Shown piece after piece: positions 9,617 through 19,930 of a stretch of DNA of 64,000 nucleotides. The stretch covers positions 21,882 through 85,881 of IMG/VR virus record IMGVR_UViG_3300048929_000179; one strand, 5' to 3'. The notes beneath the pieces were generated by a model, which saw only the letters and a list, made by a program, of their open reading frames with translations, was not told where the DNA came from and made no database searches. The DNA comes from a virus. The translations under genes and the position numbers were made by a program. Position 1 is the first letter of the stretch. Each line of letters opens with the position of its first letter.

Positions 9617-10608
9617 TTTAAATCCTCCTTTTTAACATAAGCCCATTTTAGCTTTGTTCCATCTTTTAATTTTCCTGAACTTTTTCTTTTTCCATTACAG
9701 CAATCACTAATATGTGATCTATTAGCTCCATTCATCCTCGTCGCTTCAACTATTGAATTGTAAATTACTCCCGTGGTTAAACAGATAACGCTTTTTGTAT
9801 GTTTGGAGGCATTATTTTTGGCATTTAATTGCATTTGTAATTTTGGATTATAATTACAAAAATTATGTTTATTAGCCTTTTTTAGATATCTAATTATCGT
9901 ATCTTTATATAAATTGAATTCATTTGCAATTTCTTTTACGCTAAAACCTTTGTTCCACATTTCTGCAACTTTAATTACCAATGAACTCAAAGATTTTTTA
10001 TCACATTCTATCCAATCTATATCAGATAAATTTAAGATACTAGACAATTTTGAACTTAATATGTTTTTAGATATGTAGTCAGAATTAGATTTGTCTGCCA
10101 ATATTCTTATTATTTCAAATCCATTTTGATCTGCTAATAAACTTTTTTGTTCATCTATATACTTTGAGTCTTGCTTTGACAACCCACTCATTGTATTATT
10201 AATAAAATGCATTCCACCATCCATTTCAATTATGTATTTATTATTATCCATTTCAAAATAAAAATCATATACACCAGTTCTTATTTTGTTTTTGTAATAA
10301 AATTTACACCAATCAAAGCGCTTTTCAGTTTCAAAGCTTATATTCAATTGCCGTAAAACGTTATACATAAATTTATTTGGATAAGAAACTCCATCTGAAC
10401 ATTTTTTGCACGCAAATCCATTCACCACAACATAACATACTCTTCTGTCTTTTATAACACTTCCACAATTTGGACAAATCCAATCTAATTTCATCTCAGA
10501 AGCGTGTGATGTAGCATATCCTTGCTCTTTATCGACAAGTTGATTTGCTAATTCTGGGTGCGTAGTCCACAAGTCTCCAATTCCTCTTATGCGTTTTCTG
10601 CGATCCAT
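9613..10608 (-). CDS. free-standing zinc-ribbon + PD-(D/E)XK endonuclease with C-terminal NUMOD1-like domain (probable homing endonuclease)
   Basis: GIGDLWTTHPEL, WICPNCG, YDFY...IIEMDGGMH; C-terminal KSVICLTTGVIYNSIVEA...HISDCCNGKRK. Confidence 0.75.
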   Translation of the reverse strand: MDRRKRIRGIGDLWTTHPELANQLVDKEQGYATSHASEMKLDWICPNCGSVIKDRRVCYVVVNGFACKKCSDGVSYPNKFMYNVLRQLNISFETEKRFDWCKFYYKNKIRTGVYDFYFEMDNNKYIIEMDGGMHFINNTMSGLSKQDSKYIDEQKSLLADQNGFEIIRILADKSNSDYISKNILSSKLSSILNLSDIDWIECDKKSLSSLVIKVAEMWNKGFSVKEIANEFNLYKDTIIRYLKKANKHNFCNYNPKLQMQLNAKNNASKHTKSVICLTTGVIYNSIVEATRMNGANRSHISDCCNGKRKSSGKLKDGTKLKWAYVKKEDLK

Positions 10609-10640
10609 TCAATATGTCCTTTCTATGCACAACAAAAAAG

Positions 10641-10808
10641 CTAGCCATTTTTCAGACCAGCTAAATCGTTAATAAATTTTTCTGTTTTTTTAAATATAAA
10701 AATTGTCTTTTCTGGATTATTTTTATCTGGTTTAATATCAACAAGATGGTTCCCAAATTTTAATAATCTTCTTGCTACGTTTGCAGAAAATATAGATTTG
10801 AATTCCAT
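10641..10808 (-). CDS. 55-aa small protein (DUF5659-like; not in ORF track)
   Basis: Manual translation MEFKSIFSANVARRLLKFGNHLVDIKPDKNNPEKTIFIFKKTEKFINDL; GGAGG RBS. Confidence 0.7.
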   Translation of the reverse strand: MEFKSIFSANVARRLLKFGNHLVDIKPDKNNPEKTIFIFKKTEKFINDLAGLKNG

Positions 10809-10828
10809 AAATATGGATTTCCTCCTTA

Positions 10829-12001
10829 TTATTCAAAAATTCCATCAAAATCTGAACTGCCTGTATCAGTCTCTGCATCATCCATATAACCGAAGATGTC
10901 ATCAGCTTTCTTCTCTTTGGCAGAGTTAATTTCTGCAATCTGATTTTCTTTTACCTTTGCGCCGATAGCGGCATTGATCTTGGTAACAATTGTGTCAACT
11001 GTAACCTTAGTAAAGTCCTCATTGAAAGAATTAATTTCAACTTCAGCAATTTTCTTTTCATCTTCTGTGAAATCCTTTAGTGCAGAATTTAATTCGTTGA
11101 TTGCATTTTCCTTCATACACTCATTTAATTCCTTCGTGATTTTTTCAACCGTTGCATTTAACTCTAAAACTTCCTTGTCTTTCTCGCTTGAGTCTTCTTC
11201 AAGGGCTACATTTTTTGCGTTTAATTCTGCAATTTCAGTGTCCTTTGTTTCGAGCATAGAATTTAATTCAGCAATTTTTGCTTCATATTCGGAATTCTTA
11301 GAATTAGTTTCAGCGACAGCACTTTTCACATTTGAAATGAGCTGTTCAATCTGTTTTTCATCCATTAAATTTTCCTCCTCGTTATTTTGATTTATTTCTT
11401 TATTATTAAGTTGATTTAATTCAACCATAATAGCAGTAGAATCGCTTGGTTTTACAGTGATTACACAGAATGCACTATATACATATTCTATTGGCACTCG
11501 ATATTTATCCTCTTGTGTTTTCCCATCTTTATAAATAATGCGACCGTTTTCTTTGGTTCCTACGAACTCAACACTTCCATGTACTGTTACCCCGTTTTGT
11601 CTACAAGTTTCCAACCACTCTACAAACAGCGGATATCTTTGCTGATTAATGTAGCAATCACAAACCAGTGCTCGCTTTTCTTCTCCATCGATAGTGATGT
11701 TTTCAATACTCCAACCATCAGCAGTTCCAACTTGCACAGAATCTTCAAATACTGGCATGTTTTCTTCTTGTCCAGTTAATCCATGGTCGTATGGAATGTC
11801 TTTGTTCTCGTCCAAAAATGTTGCGCATATTGGCATACCAATGACACTGTTCGCATTTATTCTCGTTGGTTCTTCTAAATATGTAATTCCATTCAAATTA
11901 CACTGAGTTTCATCTGGATAAACTTCATGCAAAGCAAATCTTGCTCTACGTCTACCATCGGGAGATACCTGTTGAGATATTTCTATTAAATCTAAATCCA
12001 T
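10829..12001 (-). CDS. prohead protease/scaffold protein
   Basis: N-terminal protease-like beta domain plus acidic coiled-coil C-terminus; between portal and capsid genes. Confidence 0.65.
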   Translation of the reverse strand: MDLDLIEISQQVSPDGRRRARFALHEVYPDETQCNLNGITYLEEPTRINANSVIGMPICATFLDENKDIPYDHGLTGQEENMPVFEDSVQVGTADGWSIENITIDGEEKRALVCDCYINQQRYPLFVEWLETCRQNGVTVHGSVEFVGTKENGRIIYKDGKTQEDKYRVPIEYVYSAFCVITVKPSDSTAIMVELNQLNNKEINQNNEEENLMDEKQIEQLISNVKSAVAETNSKNSEYEAKIAELNSMLETKDTEIAELNAKNVALEEDSSEKDKEVLELNATVEKITKELNECMKENAINELNSALKDFTEDEKKIAEVEINSFNEDFTKVTVDTIVTKINAAIGAKVKENQIAEINSAKEKKADDIFGYMDDAETDTGSSDFDGIFE

Positions 12002-12016
12002 TCGTAGTCACCTCCT

Positions 12017-13708
12017 TTAAATGCCTGGCTTCGGCATAGCATTTGAATTTGTCGTCTTACTTTGTATTGTATTTTCATTGTCTGGATTGGTAGTTTCTGG
12101 CCTACCTGCACTTTTGTCTACATCACTCATATCTGAATCTTTTGATGTTAAAGTGAAAGATGTTTTGTGTACGGGAAAACGATTCTCGAAATCTTGTTCC
12201 AACTCTTCTTCCATAAGAGCCAAATAACATTCTGGATCAACACCAGTACTTGAAACCCACGCCTGTAAACTACCTTTACCCCTTGCATATAAATCACTCA
12301 TATACTTAACCATTTTGTCTCTATTTACGAAAGTAGTGGGGAGTATTGACATTTTGGTTGGACAAGAATTATCTTTGATGATATTCGCATTAATAACCTT
12401 GTTTAATTCATCTACAATTTCAGTAATGTATGAATAGATAGAAGAGGAAATACATTCAATGTTTAGTGTAGCTGTAGCGAAATTTGCATTTGACTTTCCT
12501 CCAACAATGGCTGCTTCGATACCCAAATCTTGAGATATGTTATTTTTTACATTCACTTCATTCTTTTCGTCAAATATAGTAGTGTCAACCTTTATTTGGT
12601 CAAGTTTGGTACCGGTAGCTAAAGAGAAAAATGCCTTACCATAACGATTATTATTGTTGAACAAAGCACTTTTAATCATATTATGTTGCGCTGTCTGCTG
12701 TGGCTGAGAGAGAGAAGAACTGCCTTTTCTTTCACCTTCTGGATAAGTCTCATAAAAAATTTGATTATTCAAGTCGTCCAATACGCTTCTTTTTGTATTA
12801 ATGAAATGATTAGCATATAAAATGTCATCGAGAGAAGCAATCGGCATAGGTATTCCCCATGGCTCGCTGTCAGCAGACTTAATTTTGTGGCAAATAGTAT
12901 TGTCATTATTTAGAAGTAGCCAAGGTTGAATTTGTTTCCCAGCATCGTATCTACTCCAACCATCTCTAATTTCTTTAGGAAATGATCTAAGTTTTCTTTT
13001 CAACCTATCACCACAATACTGAGAAAAATACCTCAAATCATATGCAACTAGTGGAGAACCATTCTTCCTACTTATAATTTTGCAATAATCGACTGGCAAT
13101 GCTATGATTGAAACATTTATGCCCAATTCATTAATCTCAAATATATTCAACACTTCTTCGTCAGAAAGATATTTTTTATTTTCCGCTACTGGTTTTGTAG
13201 TCTCAAGATAATAAAAAATAATGCCATCATTAAATTCTTTTAATAAGGCATCACGAATGAATTTTTTATATTTAATTGCATCGAGAGTAGATTCGAATTT
13301 CTTTTTATTTGACATTCTGCGTTTTTTAAATGAATCTGATGTGTTAGGGACAGTCGTATAAACAACTTTATCAAGTGTATGCATTGACCTCATATAATCA
13401 AGTCCACTCGAAATAGTTCCGTTTGTACGATAAGCCCACCAAGATAATCTGCGTAACTGCTGATTATATATCATTGGATTTGCTTTATACTCAGATATCA
13501 TATCTAAATCTACCGGACAATCTATAACGGTATCTCCCATGGAGAGTGATACTGGAATTGCCGAGTTAAATTCATGCGAAAACTTTTCGTCTAGTATAAC
13601 ATTTTCTTGATTAATTTCTGCTGTAGCATTAATATCATTAACGCCGTTTCTGCTTTTCGAACATTTTGGTCTACCTCTTTTTTTTGGTTCATTTGTTGTT
13701 TCTGGCAT
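12017..13708 (-). CDS. portal protein
   Basis: 563 aa directly after terminase; WGIPMPIASLDDI motif typical of portals. Confidence 0.75.
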   Translation of the reverse strand: MPETTNEPKKRGRPKCSKSRNGVNDINATAEINQENVILDEKFSHEFNSAIPVSLSMGDTVIDCPVDLDMISEYKANPMIYNQQLRRLSWWAYRTNGTISSGLDYMRSMHTLDKVVYTTVPNTSDSFKKRRMSNKKKFESTLDAIKYKKFIRDALLKEFNDGIIFYYLETTKPVAENKKYLSDEEVLNIFEINELGINVSIIALPVDYCKIISRKNGSPLVAYDLRYFSQYCGDRLKRKLRSFPKEIRDGWSRYDAGKQIQPWLLLNNDNTICHKIKSADSEPWGIPMPIASLDDILYANHFINTKRSVLDDLNNQIFYETYPEGERKGSSSLSQPQQTAQHNMIKSALFNNNNRYGKAFFSLATGTKLDQIKVDTTIFDEKNEVNVKNNISQDLGIEAAIVGGKSNANFATATLNIECISSSIYSYITEIVDELNKVINANIIKDNSCPTKMSILPTTFVNRDKMVKYMSDLYARGKGSLQAWVSSTGVDPECYLALMEEELEQDFENRFPVHKTSFTLTSKDSDMSDVDKSAGRPETTNPDNENTIQSKTTNSNAMPKPGI

Positions 13709-13723
13709 TTAAGTATCACCTCC

Positions 13724-15526
13724 TTAATTATATAGTGGTAGAAAATCATAGTCTGAAGAATCAGACAGTAAATCTTGCTCAAGTAGACTGGCAAAATAAT
13801 TTCCATAAGAAACCGATGTATACCTATCCTTTCTGTTGGAACCTTGCTCGCTAATAACTACGATATCTGTTTGTGGCTTCTTCTCATACACCAACTCAAC
13901 ACTTTCTGAAATTAATTCTTGAGTGTCAAGGAACGGAGCTTCATAGAATAACTGACTATCTAAATCAAAATTCTCCATATATTCTGGTATCTTTGGTAAA
14001 ATATTTTCCACAGCATCATTATAGCCAACAAGAAAATCTATTTTATTTTCAACCAAACTTAATCTAAATTCTTGTGCTATATCACTGTTGAGTTTTTGAG
14101 ACGCTACAATAGAAAAGAGCACTGAGGTTGCCCCCGCGCTCTTAATACGATTCGCTATTTTTTCATCATTAAAACAAACCCACGGTCTGTATTCTTTGTC
14201 TCTTTCTTCGTCGTACATTACTTTTGCCAACAAATCATAAACGGCTATACCACCGTTACGCATATCAAGGACACAATAATCTGCATCAAAGTCCTCAAAA
14301 AGCTGTTTTATACGAATGGCTTGCTTTGTAGTGTCTCCACCCTGTATTGCTTCAAGATAACATAGCATTCTGCGATATCCTTGTTTAATTTCCTTGCCAG
14401 ATCCCTCTATACTTTGAGACGTATATGTAATACTTTCTGGAATAAGCCTAATACAACTAAAAATTGAATTATCATTATTTTTATTTTCAACAAAAGCCAT
14501 ATCACAAGATATAATTCTTATTTCTCCATCTTGCTTTGGGATAGCATGTGGATTTTTTTTTCTATTCAGCACATCTAATGTTAATCTTGGATAAAATGGC
14601 TTTCTTAATCTTTGATTATCAGTAAACATTTTGTATTTAAAATAAGCTGTAGTATTTTCTTTTATCATTTGATTCTTGTATTCAATAGCAAATGTAATAG
14701 GATCAAACTTCTTCATATCCTTATATATCTGATTTCGTGTTTTTATATTATGCTTCAAGGTTAAACTGTAATCAAATCCAAGGACACACTGATCTTTCCC
14801 GTTACGTACTTCCACCATGGTATCTTCTAATAGTTTTCCCATCCAGTGAGATGAATACCATGCAGAGCTTATATAAATATCGGTTGGTTCTTCCGCCAAA
14901 GCTGAATACTCGTCGAACTTTAAATATGGGACTGGTCTTATAATTTGGAATGGTGAGAGAACTGAATCTACAACAAACTTATCTATCATACGAAACTCTT
15001 CATATATAATACACGTACTTCTGTTACCTCTGGCATTATCATTTGCAGGAACAACCTTAATTGTGCTTCCATTCCTGAAATTTACAACCGTATCATTTTG
15101 ATTGTCCTTAATACTAAGTATTTCTCTCCTGAGATTAGGAGATTGGCTCATTAGTTCATTTTTTATTTTCTCGGTAACAATAAGTTTAGATTGTCCCTTA
15201 GTTGCGCTTGCTATTACAATTTTACTATTTGGATACAGAGATGCTTTGCTACAACCAAAAATCGCAACAACGTATGATTTGGCAACTGCTCGTGAACCGA
15301 CTATTACATTTGAAGAATTGGTGTTCATTTCATATAATTCCAAGTGCTGATATGGATATAAATTAAAACCAAAATACATTTCAGCATAACGATTTATATT
15401 TCTTTTAAAAAATGTATTCCATTCGTAAAAATGCATTAAATTGTTTTTGTTTGATAACCAATGTCCCTCTGCAACGTTCTTATAGGCGTTTAATTGACGT
15501 TCATCTAATAAACTTTCATTATTCAT
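13724..15526 (-). CDS. terminase large subunit
   Basis: Walker A SRAVAKS, Walker B IIYEEF, coupling motif YISSA, RNase H-like ISCDMA and KDRY. Confidence 0.9.
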   Translation of the reverse strand: MNNESLLDERQLNAYKNVAEGHWLSNKNNLMHFYEWNTFFKRNINRYAEMYFGFNLYPYQHLELYEMNTNSSNVIVGSRAVAKSYVVAIFGCSKASLYPNSKIVIASATKGQSKLIVTEKIKNELMSQSPNLRREILSIKDNQNDTVVNFRNGSTIKVVPANDNARGNRSTCIIYEEFRMIDKFVVDSVLSPFQIIRPVPYLKFDEYSALAEEPTDIYISSAWYSSHWMGKLLEDTMVEVRNGKDQCVLGFDYSLTLKHNIKTRNQIYKDMKKFDPITFAIEYKNQMIKENTTAYFKYKMFTDNQRLRKPFYPRLTLDVLNRKKNPHAIPKQDGEIRIISCDMAFVENKNNDNSIFSCIRLIPESITYTSQSIEGSGKEIKQGYRRMLCYLEAIQGGDTTKQAIRIKQLFEDFDADYCVLDMRNGGIAVYDLLAKVMYDEERDKEYRPWVCFNDEKIANRIKSAGATSVLFSIVASQKLNSDIAQEFRLSLVENKIDFLVGYNDAVENILPKIPEYMENFDLDSQLFYEAPFLDTQELISESVELVYEKKPQTDIVVISEQGSNRKDRYTSVSYGNYFASLLEQDLLSDSSDYDFLPLYN

Positions 15527-16538
15527 CTTCTGTTACCTTGATGGAATATTCTTCATCCATTGCTGAAGTGCCATTTATTAAATTGTTTGTTGGTCTTTCT
15601 ACAAAACGCCTATAATATTCATCTTGTTCATCATAATCTTTGAATATTGACTTATCCTTAAAATATTCGGCAGGAGACATAGTTTCTATAATTTTAGTGA
15701 AATTACCCCAACACTCATCTGGATTGTTTATGGTTGTATCACCATTTGTTTTTGGCTTTAAATTTGCATTCCCAAGTGTTTGTTGATATAGTTTAGATAC
15801 CTTATCGTATCTATCCATATCTTTGTCTTGCCTGGCTCTTGCTTTAAGTACATATTGTTCACATAGATCGTTTAACAATGTAGCCTGTGTTGCATTTTCC
15901 TCATCAATACTATCTTTATAAAGTTTATAATGCTCATTAAGCATGTCGTACTCTGCTTCAGAATAACCGATTCCCCACCTCTTCATGTTTTTTTGTAATT
16001 TTTTAGCGTCTGGTTCTTCCATATTTTCAATATCTGACTCCGACAGTATGAGGTTATTGTTCTGTTCATATAAATAATCATCATATGTTTTACCTGAATT
16101 CTGATTTAAATTACACTGGCGAACATATTCTTTTATACGTGAACGTTGAGCGCCGCTTTTTTTGCTTGCAGATAAAATACTATCATTCTGATAAATATCC
16201 CAGTGTAGGCAAACTCTTTTAATTGCTGCATCTTGATCTCCAAGTATTTCTTGATATTGTTTAACCAATGAATCAATACAATCATTACAAATCGGCAAAT
16301 ACGAATTATTCCCTTTAAAGAACGGAGACTGACTGAACGAAAAATTACCTTCTTGTTTTGCATACCTGGTTCCACATGTTACACATTTATGTGGTTTCTT
16401 AATTAAGCTTTCTTCAACTTCTGTTTTTTTAGGAGAGATTATTGTTGGTTTAGTAACTGCATCTTTATTTGCTGTTGCAATTACCAATAAACTTTCCTTT
16501 GGTTTGATACTTCCCTTTGGTCTGCCGCCTTGAGCCAA
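15519..16538 (-). CDS. probable terminase small subunit / Zn-binding packaging protein
   Basis: CxxC pairs; overlaps terminase large start; TTG start. Confidence 0.5.
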   Translation of the reverse strand: MAQGGRPKGSIKPKESLLVIATANKDAVTKPTIISPKKTEVEESLIKKPHKCVTCGTRYAKQEGNFSFSQSPFFKGNNSYLPICNDCIDSLVKQYQEILGDQDAAIKRVCLHWDIYQNDSILSASKKSGAQRSRIKEYVRQCNLNQNSGKTYDDYLYEQNNNLILSESDIENMEEPDAKKLQKNMKRWGIGYSEAEYDMLNEHYKLYKDSIDEENATQATLLNDLCEQYVLKARARQDKDMDRYDKVSKLYQQTLGNANLKPKTNGDTTINNPDECWGNFTKIIETMSPAEYFKDKSIFKDYDEQDEYYRRFVERPTNNLINGTSAMDEEYSIKVTEDE

Positions 16539-16607
16539 AAAATCACCTTCCTTTTATTCCACAAAAATAGACAGCCGAATTAACGACTGTCTTTGTAATT
16601 ACAATAT

Positions 16608-17492
16608 TTATTTAGCTAAACCTTTGTATTCTAGCGATCCGTCATTCAACGTCGAAACTAATACTTTACCTGTAACCATTTTACCGTCAGCATCTACAGC
16701 GTAAATCTTACCATCGTCAGCAACAAACTGTGATTTGCACATTACGCCATCTGCGCCGAGGAAATACCACTCGTTATTATACTGATACCACACGTTTGCT
16801 ACCATCATTCCCGCAGCATTGAACCAGTACCACTTGTTCTCAATTTGTACCCAATCGTTCCGTACAGGCAATCCGGTGTCGCCGTTGTAATATGACCAAC
16901 CTTCAGGAGTCTGCATCCAACCGGATTTCTTTTCTTCTGGAACTGGAGTAGCGGGAGATGATAGAGCAGCTTTAAAATCAGCCCATGTATGTTTTGTATG
17001 ATTATATACATATGGGTTTGGGCAGATCTTTCCGGTAACATCGTAATGTCGAATTACGCGATCCGCAGGTATATTATATCTTTTCATTAGTTCTTTGGTT
17101 AATTCAATAGCGGACTGTACAGTAGCATCTTCAAAATACCAGTCCTGACTTGTATCGGCTTTGTTACTATTATTACGAACACACATTTCAATGCTCACAC
17201 AGTTTGTATTTTTTGCAATTCCGTATAACGATCCGCCACCATTCGATAATTTCTTTCCACCCACTGCCCAACAATATCTAGCTACAGGATCGGGATTATA
17301 CTGCCAAATATCACCTGAGAATCCTACATAGAAATCAGCAGAAGCATTTGTTGTTGTTCTCTGATTGTAGTAATTTATATTTGCTTTAGCGTCCCCAGTA
17401 GCTCCAACGTAATGTATAACTATGTATTCTATTTTACCTGGGCGCACAGATGTATTGTGTGTGCCGAAATTAGGATTTTGATTAATGTACAT
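16608..17492 (-). CDS. endolysin: N-acetylmuramoyl-L-alanine amidase (Amidase_2) with cell-wall-binding repeats
   Basis: IVIHY, SIEMC, IRHYDVTGKICP; WYWFNAAG/WYFLGADG repeats; true start ATG 17492 after GAAAGGAG. Confidence 0.9.
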   Translation of the reverse strand: MYINQNPNFGTHNTSVRPGKIEYIVIHYVGATGDAKANINYYNQRTTTNASADFYVGFSGDIWQYNPDPVARYCWAVGGKKLSNGGGSLYGIAKNTNCVSIEMCVRNNSNKADTSQDWYFEDATVQSAIELTKELMKRYNIPADRVIRHYDVTGKICPNPYVYNHTKHTWADFKAALSSPATPVPEEKKSGWMQTPEGWSYYNGDTGLPVRNDWVQIENKWYWFNAAGMMVANVWYQYNNEWYFLGADGVMCKSQFVADDGKIYAVDADGKMVTGKVLVSTLNDGSLEYKGLAK

Positions 17493-17530
17493 TTTAATTA
17501 CTCCTTTCTGTTTGTATTTTCTCATTATAG

Positions 17531-17615
17531 CGGTTGAGGTAGGATTTGAACCCACGGTGCGGTTAAACACATCTATTTTCAGGACAGACATCATAAGCCT
17601 CTCGATCACTCAACC
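17531..17615 (-). tRNA. tRNA-Ser(TGA), no encoded CCA, atypical C33
   Basis: GGTTGAG/CTCAACC acceptor stem, G73, anticodon arm TCTGT-CCTGAAA-ATAGA, long variable arm, TTCAAAT T-loop. Confidence 0.8.
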
Positions 17616-17619
17616 GGAG

Positions 17620-17704
17620 CGTCGTGTGCAAGAGTCGAACTTGCAAGTCAAATTAATGACCGACAGATTAGCAATCTGTTCCAATACCATTATGGGAACA
17701 CGAC
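17620..17704 (-). tRNA. tRNA-Ser(GCT), no encoded CCA
   Basis: GTCGTGT/ACACGAC acceptor stem, ACAGA-TTGCTAA-TCTGT anticodon arm, long variable arm, GCAAG-TTCGACT-CTTGC T-arm. Confidence 0.9.
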
Positions 17705-17798
17705 AAAATAGGAGAGTAGTGTACTCTCCTTTAATTAGTAATACGAACTCACTCGCGGTTCGTTTATCTTGTCTGTAAAACAGTAGATTGATTAGGAA

Positions 17799-18824
17799 TT
17801 AAGTAAATAATTCATCAGCTTCTTCGCCTTCATCTAAACCTATGACATAATGCTGAAGAGTTGTTTGCGAGCTTTCGTGTCCCAAGAGAGCTTTGGCTGC
17901 TTCTACGCTTTTACCTTGTGCTACCACAATGTCAGTTGCCGCGCTTTCACGGAGAGCATGTGGATGGAAGCGTCTTCCAAGTATAGGTGTAAATATATCA
18001 GTTCCCCATGTATTAAAAGTTCCTTCTGCCACCTGTTTTATCTGCCCACCATAAAATACTGTAAATAAATATGGACAGTCGTCATCTCTTTCATTTACCC
18101 ATTCTTTTATAGCGTCCATGGAATAATCTGAAAATTTTAATCTTCTTGGCTTGCCACTTTTACCATGCCCTTTACATCTAATGATCGGAGTTTGATAATA
18201 TTTCGCTGGCTTTTCAATGATATTCCCATTTTTGTCTTTAACCTTTGTTGCCTTTTCTACTAATTCTGTTTCAACAATATTTTTTAATATTTGTCTTGTC
18301 TCAGCTCTACGACAACCAGTTTCAAAGGTAAATTTTAAATAAGCAATCAATTCTTTTTTATTCTTGCGTTTTGATTCTTCGAGTTTTTGACACATCATTT
18401 CTATTTCTTCCCTTGTAGGCGGAACCTTTTCATGAACAAGCGCCTTTTCTGGCTTCTTAATGCTTTTATTAATAAAATTATGAAACATTGGGTATATATC
18501 GCAGTAGTAAACAACTATGTAATTATTTAATGTGCTGATTGCTGATCTTTTATTTGAAATATCAGAAGATGAGTGACCTAACCCAAGCAACCAGTTTTGA
18601 TACCTCAAATATTCTCTCGGCTTTATGTCTGTAATTAATTTATCATCAAGATTATCATGAATCCAGTTTAACCAGATACGACAATTAGAGGTATAAGCTT
18701 TTAGTGTTTTATCCGAAAGTTCTGTCGAGTTCATTAAAAAATCTTCTAGTAATTCCCTATTCTTTGGATTACACTGTAAATAATCATTTTCTGTCATTGG
18801 AGTTAATGCTTGTATAGTAATCAC
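17799..18824 (-). CDS. tyrosine recombinase (late-region; SPbeta YomM-like)
   Basis: GCRRAE (R), RCKG (K), HPHALR (HxxR), LLGH (H), QHY (Y): complete catalytic set. Confidence 0.9.
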   Translation of the reverse strand: MITIQALTPMTENDYLQCNPKNRELLEDFLMNSTELSDKTLKAYTSNCRIWLNWIHDNLDDKLITDIKPREYLRYQNWLLGLGHSSSDISNKRSAISTLNNYIVVYYCDIYPMFHNFINKSIKKPEKALVHEKVPPTREEIEMMCQKLEESKRKNKKELIAYLKFTFETGCRRAETRQILKNIVETELVEKATKVKDKNGNIIEKPAKYYQTPIIRCKGHGKSGKPRRLKFSDYSMDAIKEWVNERDDDCPYLFTVFYGGQIKQVAEGTFNTWGTDIFTPILGRRFHPHALRESAATDIVVAQGKSVEAAKALLGHESSQTTLQHYVIGLDEGEEADELFT

Positions 18825-18938
18825 TTCCCTTCTTTTGTTTGTACTAGCGAAATCTTCTCATCTATTCGCCCGTTTTCTCTGTCGCCAAAATAGGCACAAT
18901 AAAAGAGCAGACTGTGACATCTGCTCCTCTTAATTACC

Positions 18939-19337
18939 TTAGTTTTTAATATCAAATTCACAAAACCGACTGCCGGCATTTTTAATAACAAACTTACTGT
19001 TACAATCAGAGTGAATAAATGTAAACACATCATCTACGTATATGTACTCGTCGCCATATTTGGCTTCCTGGCACCAAATTTTCTCATCGTGAGAAATGGT
19101 GAGAATATATTCTCCGGAGTAGCTATCAATGTCTGCCGAACAAATCTTTACATCGAAAAGCTCAAATGAAGCATTCTTTGTGATCCAATTTAAAATATCA
19201 ACCATAGTCTCGTAATGAGCAACAATATTGACTCCCTCAAAATCATCATTGTTTTTCTGTTCTCTTTCATACGCGCCTAATAATTCATAACCAAATTCGT
19301 TTAATGATCCAAAACTATATGTTTTAATATTAATCAC
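18939..19337 (-). CDS. hypothetical protein
   Basis: ORF track; probable ATT start 19328. Confidence 0.65.
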   Translation of the reverse strand: MINIKTYSFGSLNEFGYELLGAYEREQKNNDDFEGVNIVAHYETMVDILNWITKNASFELFDVKICSADIDSYSGEYILTISHDEKIWCQEAKYGDEYIYVDDVFTFIHSDCNSKFVIKNAGSRFCEFDIKN

Positions 19338-19345
19338 CTCGATTT

Positions 19346-19621
19346 TTATTCATTTACGGCATTTTTTAAATTTTTACCTGCTTTAAATTTAGGGGTCTTT
19401 GTGGCGGCAATGGTGATAGGTTCCCCTGTCCGTGGGTTCTTACCTTCTCTGGCAGACCTTTTACCTACGCTGAATGTACCAAATCCCACTAATTGCACAG
19501 ATTCACCCTTTGCGAGTTCTTCTGAAACCGTATCTAAAAGTGCAGCAAGCATAACTTCTGCCAGTTTCTTGCTCTCGCCTGTTTTATTCGCCATTGACTC
19601 TAAAATTTCTGGTTTGTTCAT
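19346..19621 (-). CDS. hup: HU family DNA-binding protein
   Basis: MNKPEILESMA...VQLVGFGTFSVGKRSAREGKNPRTGEPITIAATKTPKFKAGKNLK. Confidence 0.97.
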   Translation of the reverse strand: MNKPEILESMANKTGESKKLAEVMLAALLDTVSEELAKGESVQLVGFGTFSVGKRSAREGKNPRTGEPITIAATKTPKFKAGKNLKNAVNE

Positions 19622-19678
19622 ATTATGTATTTCTCCTTTTATCCTTTTGATTTTTAATAGAAGAGCGGTAATCTGATA

Positions 19679-19903
19679 CTAGATAATATCAGCACTTACT
19701 CCGTAATCTTTAACTGTAATAATCATAAAATCTGATTTCGCGTAACCTTTATTGTTTAGCAAATCCTCAACGAAAGTATCAAGTTCTGCATCAGTCGCAA
19801 ACTCAACAGGCACAACCTGACTTGCTTCATTGGTCTTTGTCATATATTTATAGAGGCTTGCGTAGTTATCACGTTTGTCTGCTAAGTCTAAAATCCTGTA
19901 CAT
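19679..19903 (-). CDS. hypothetical protein
   Basis: ORF track; AAGGAGG RBS. Confidence 0.7.
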   Translation of the reverse strand: MYRILDLADKRDNYASLYKYMTKTNEASQVVPVEFATDAELDTFVEDLLNNKGYAKSDFMIITVKDYGVSADII

Positions 19904-19930
19904 ACTCGATCCTCCTTTGATGTGGTTAGT

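Noticed and set aside
10974-11390. Opposite-strand ORFs in the track (e.g. 10974+, 1910+, 25868+, 35608-, 44338-, 57404-)
   Set aside because: They shadow well-supported genes or RNA elements, lack RBSs and have non-protein-like composition.
17493-17609. ORF-track N-terminal extension of the endolysin
   Set aside because: It reads through tRNA-Ser(TGA); the real RBS and ATG are at 17492.
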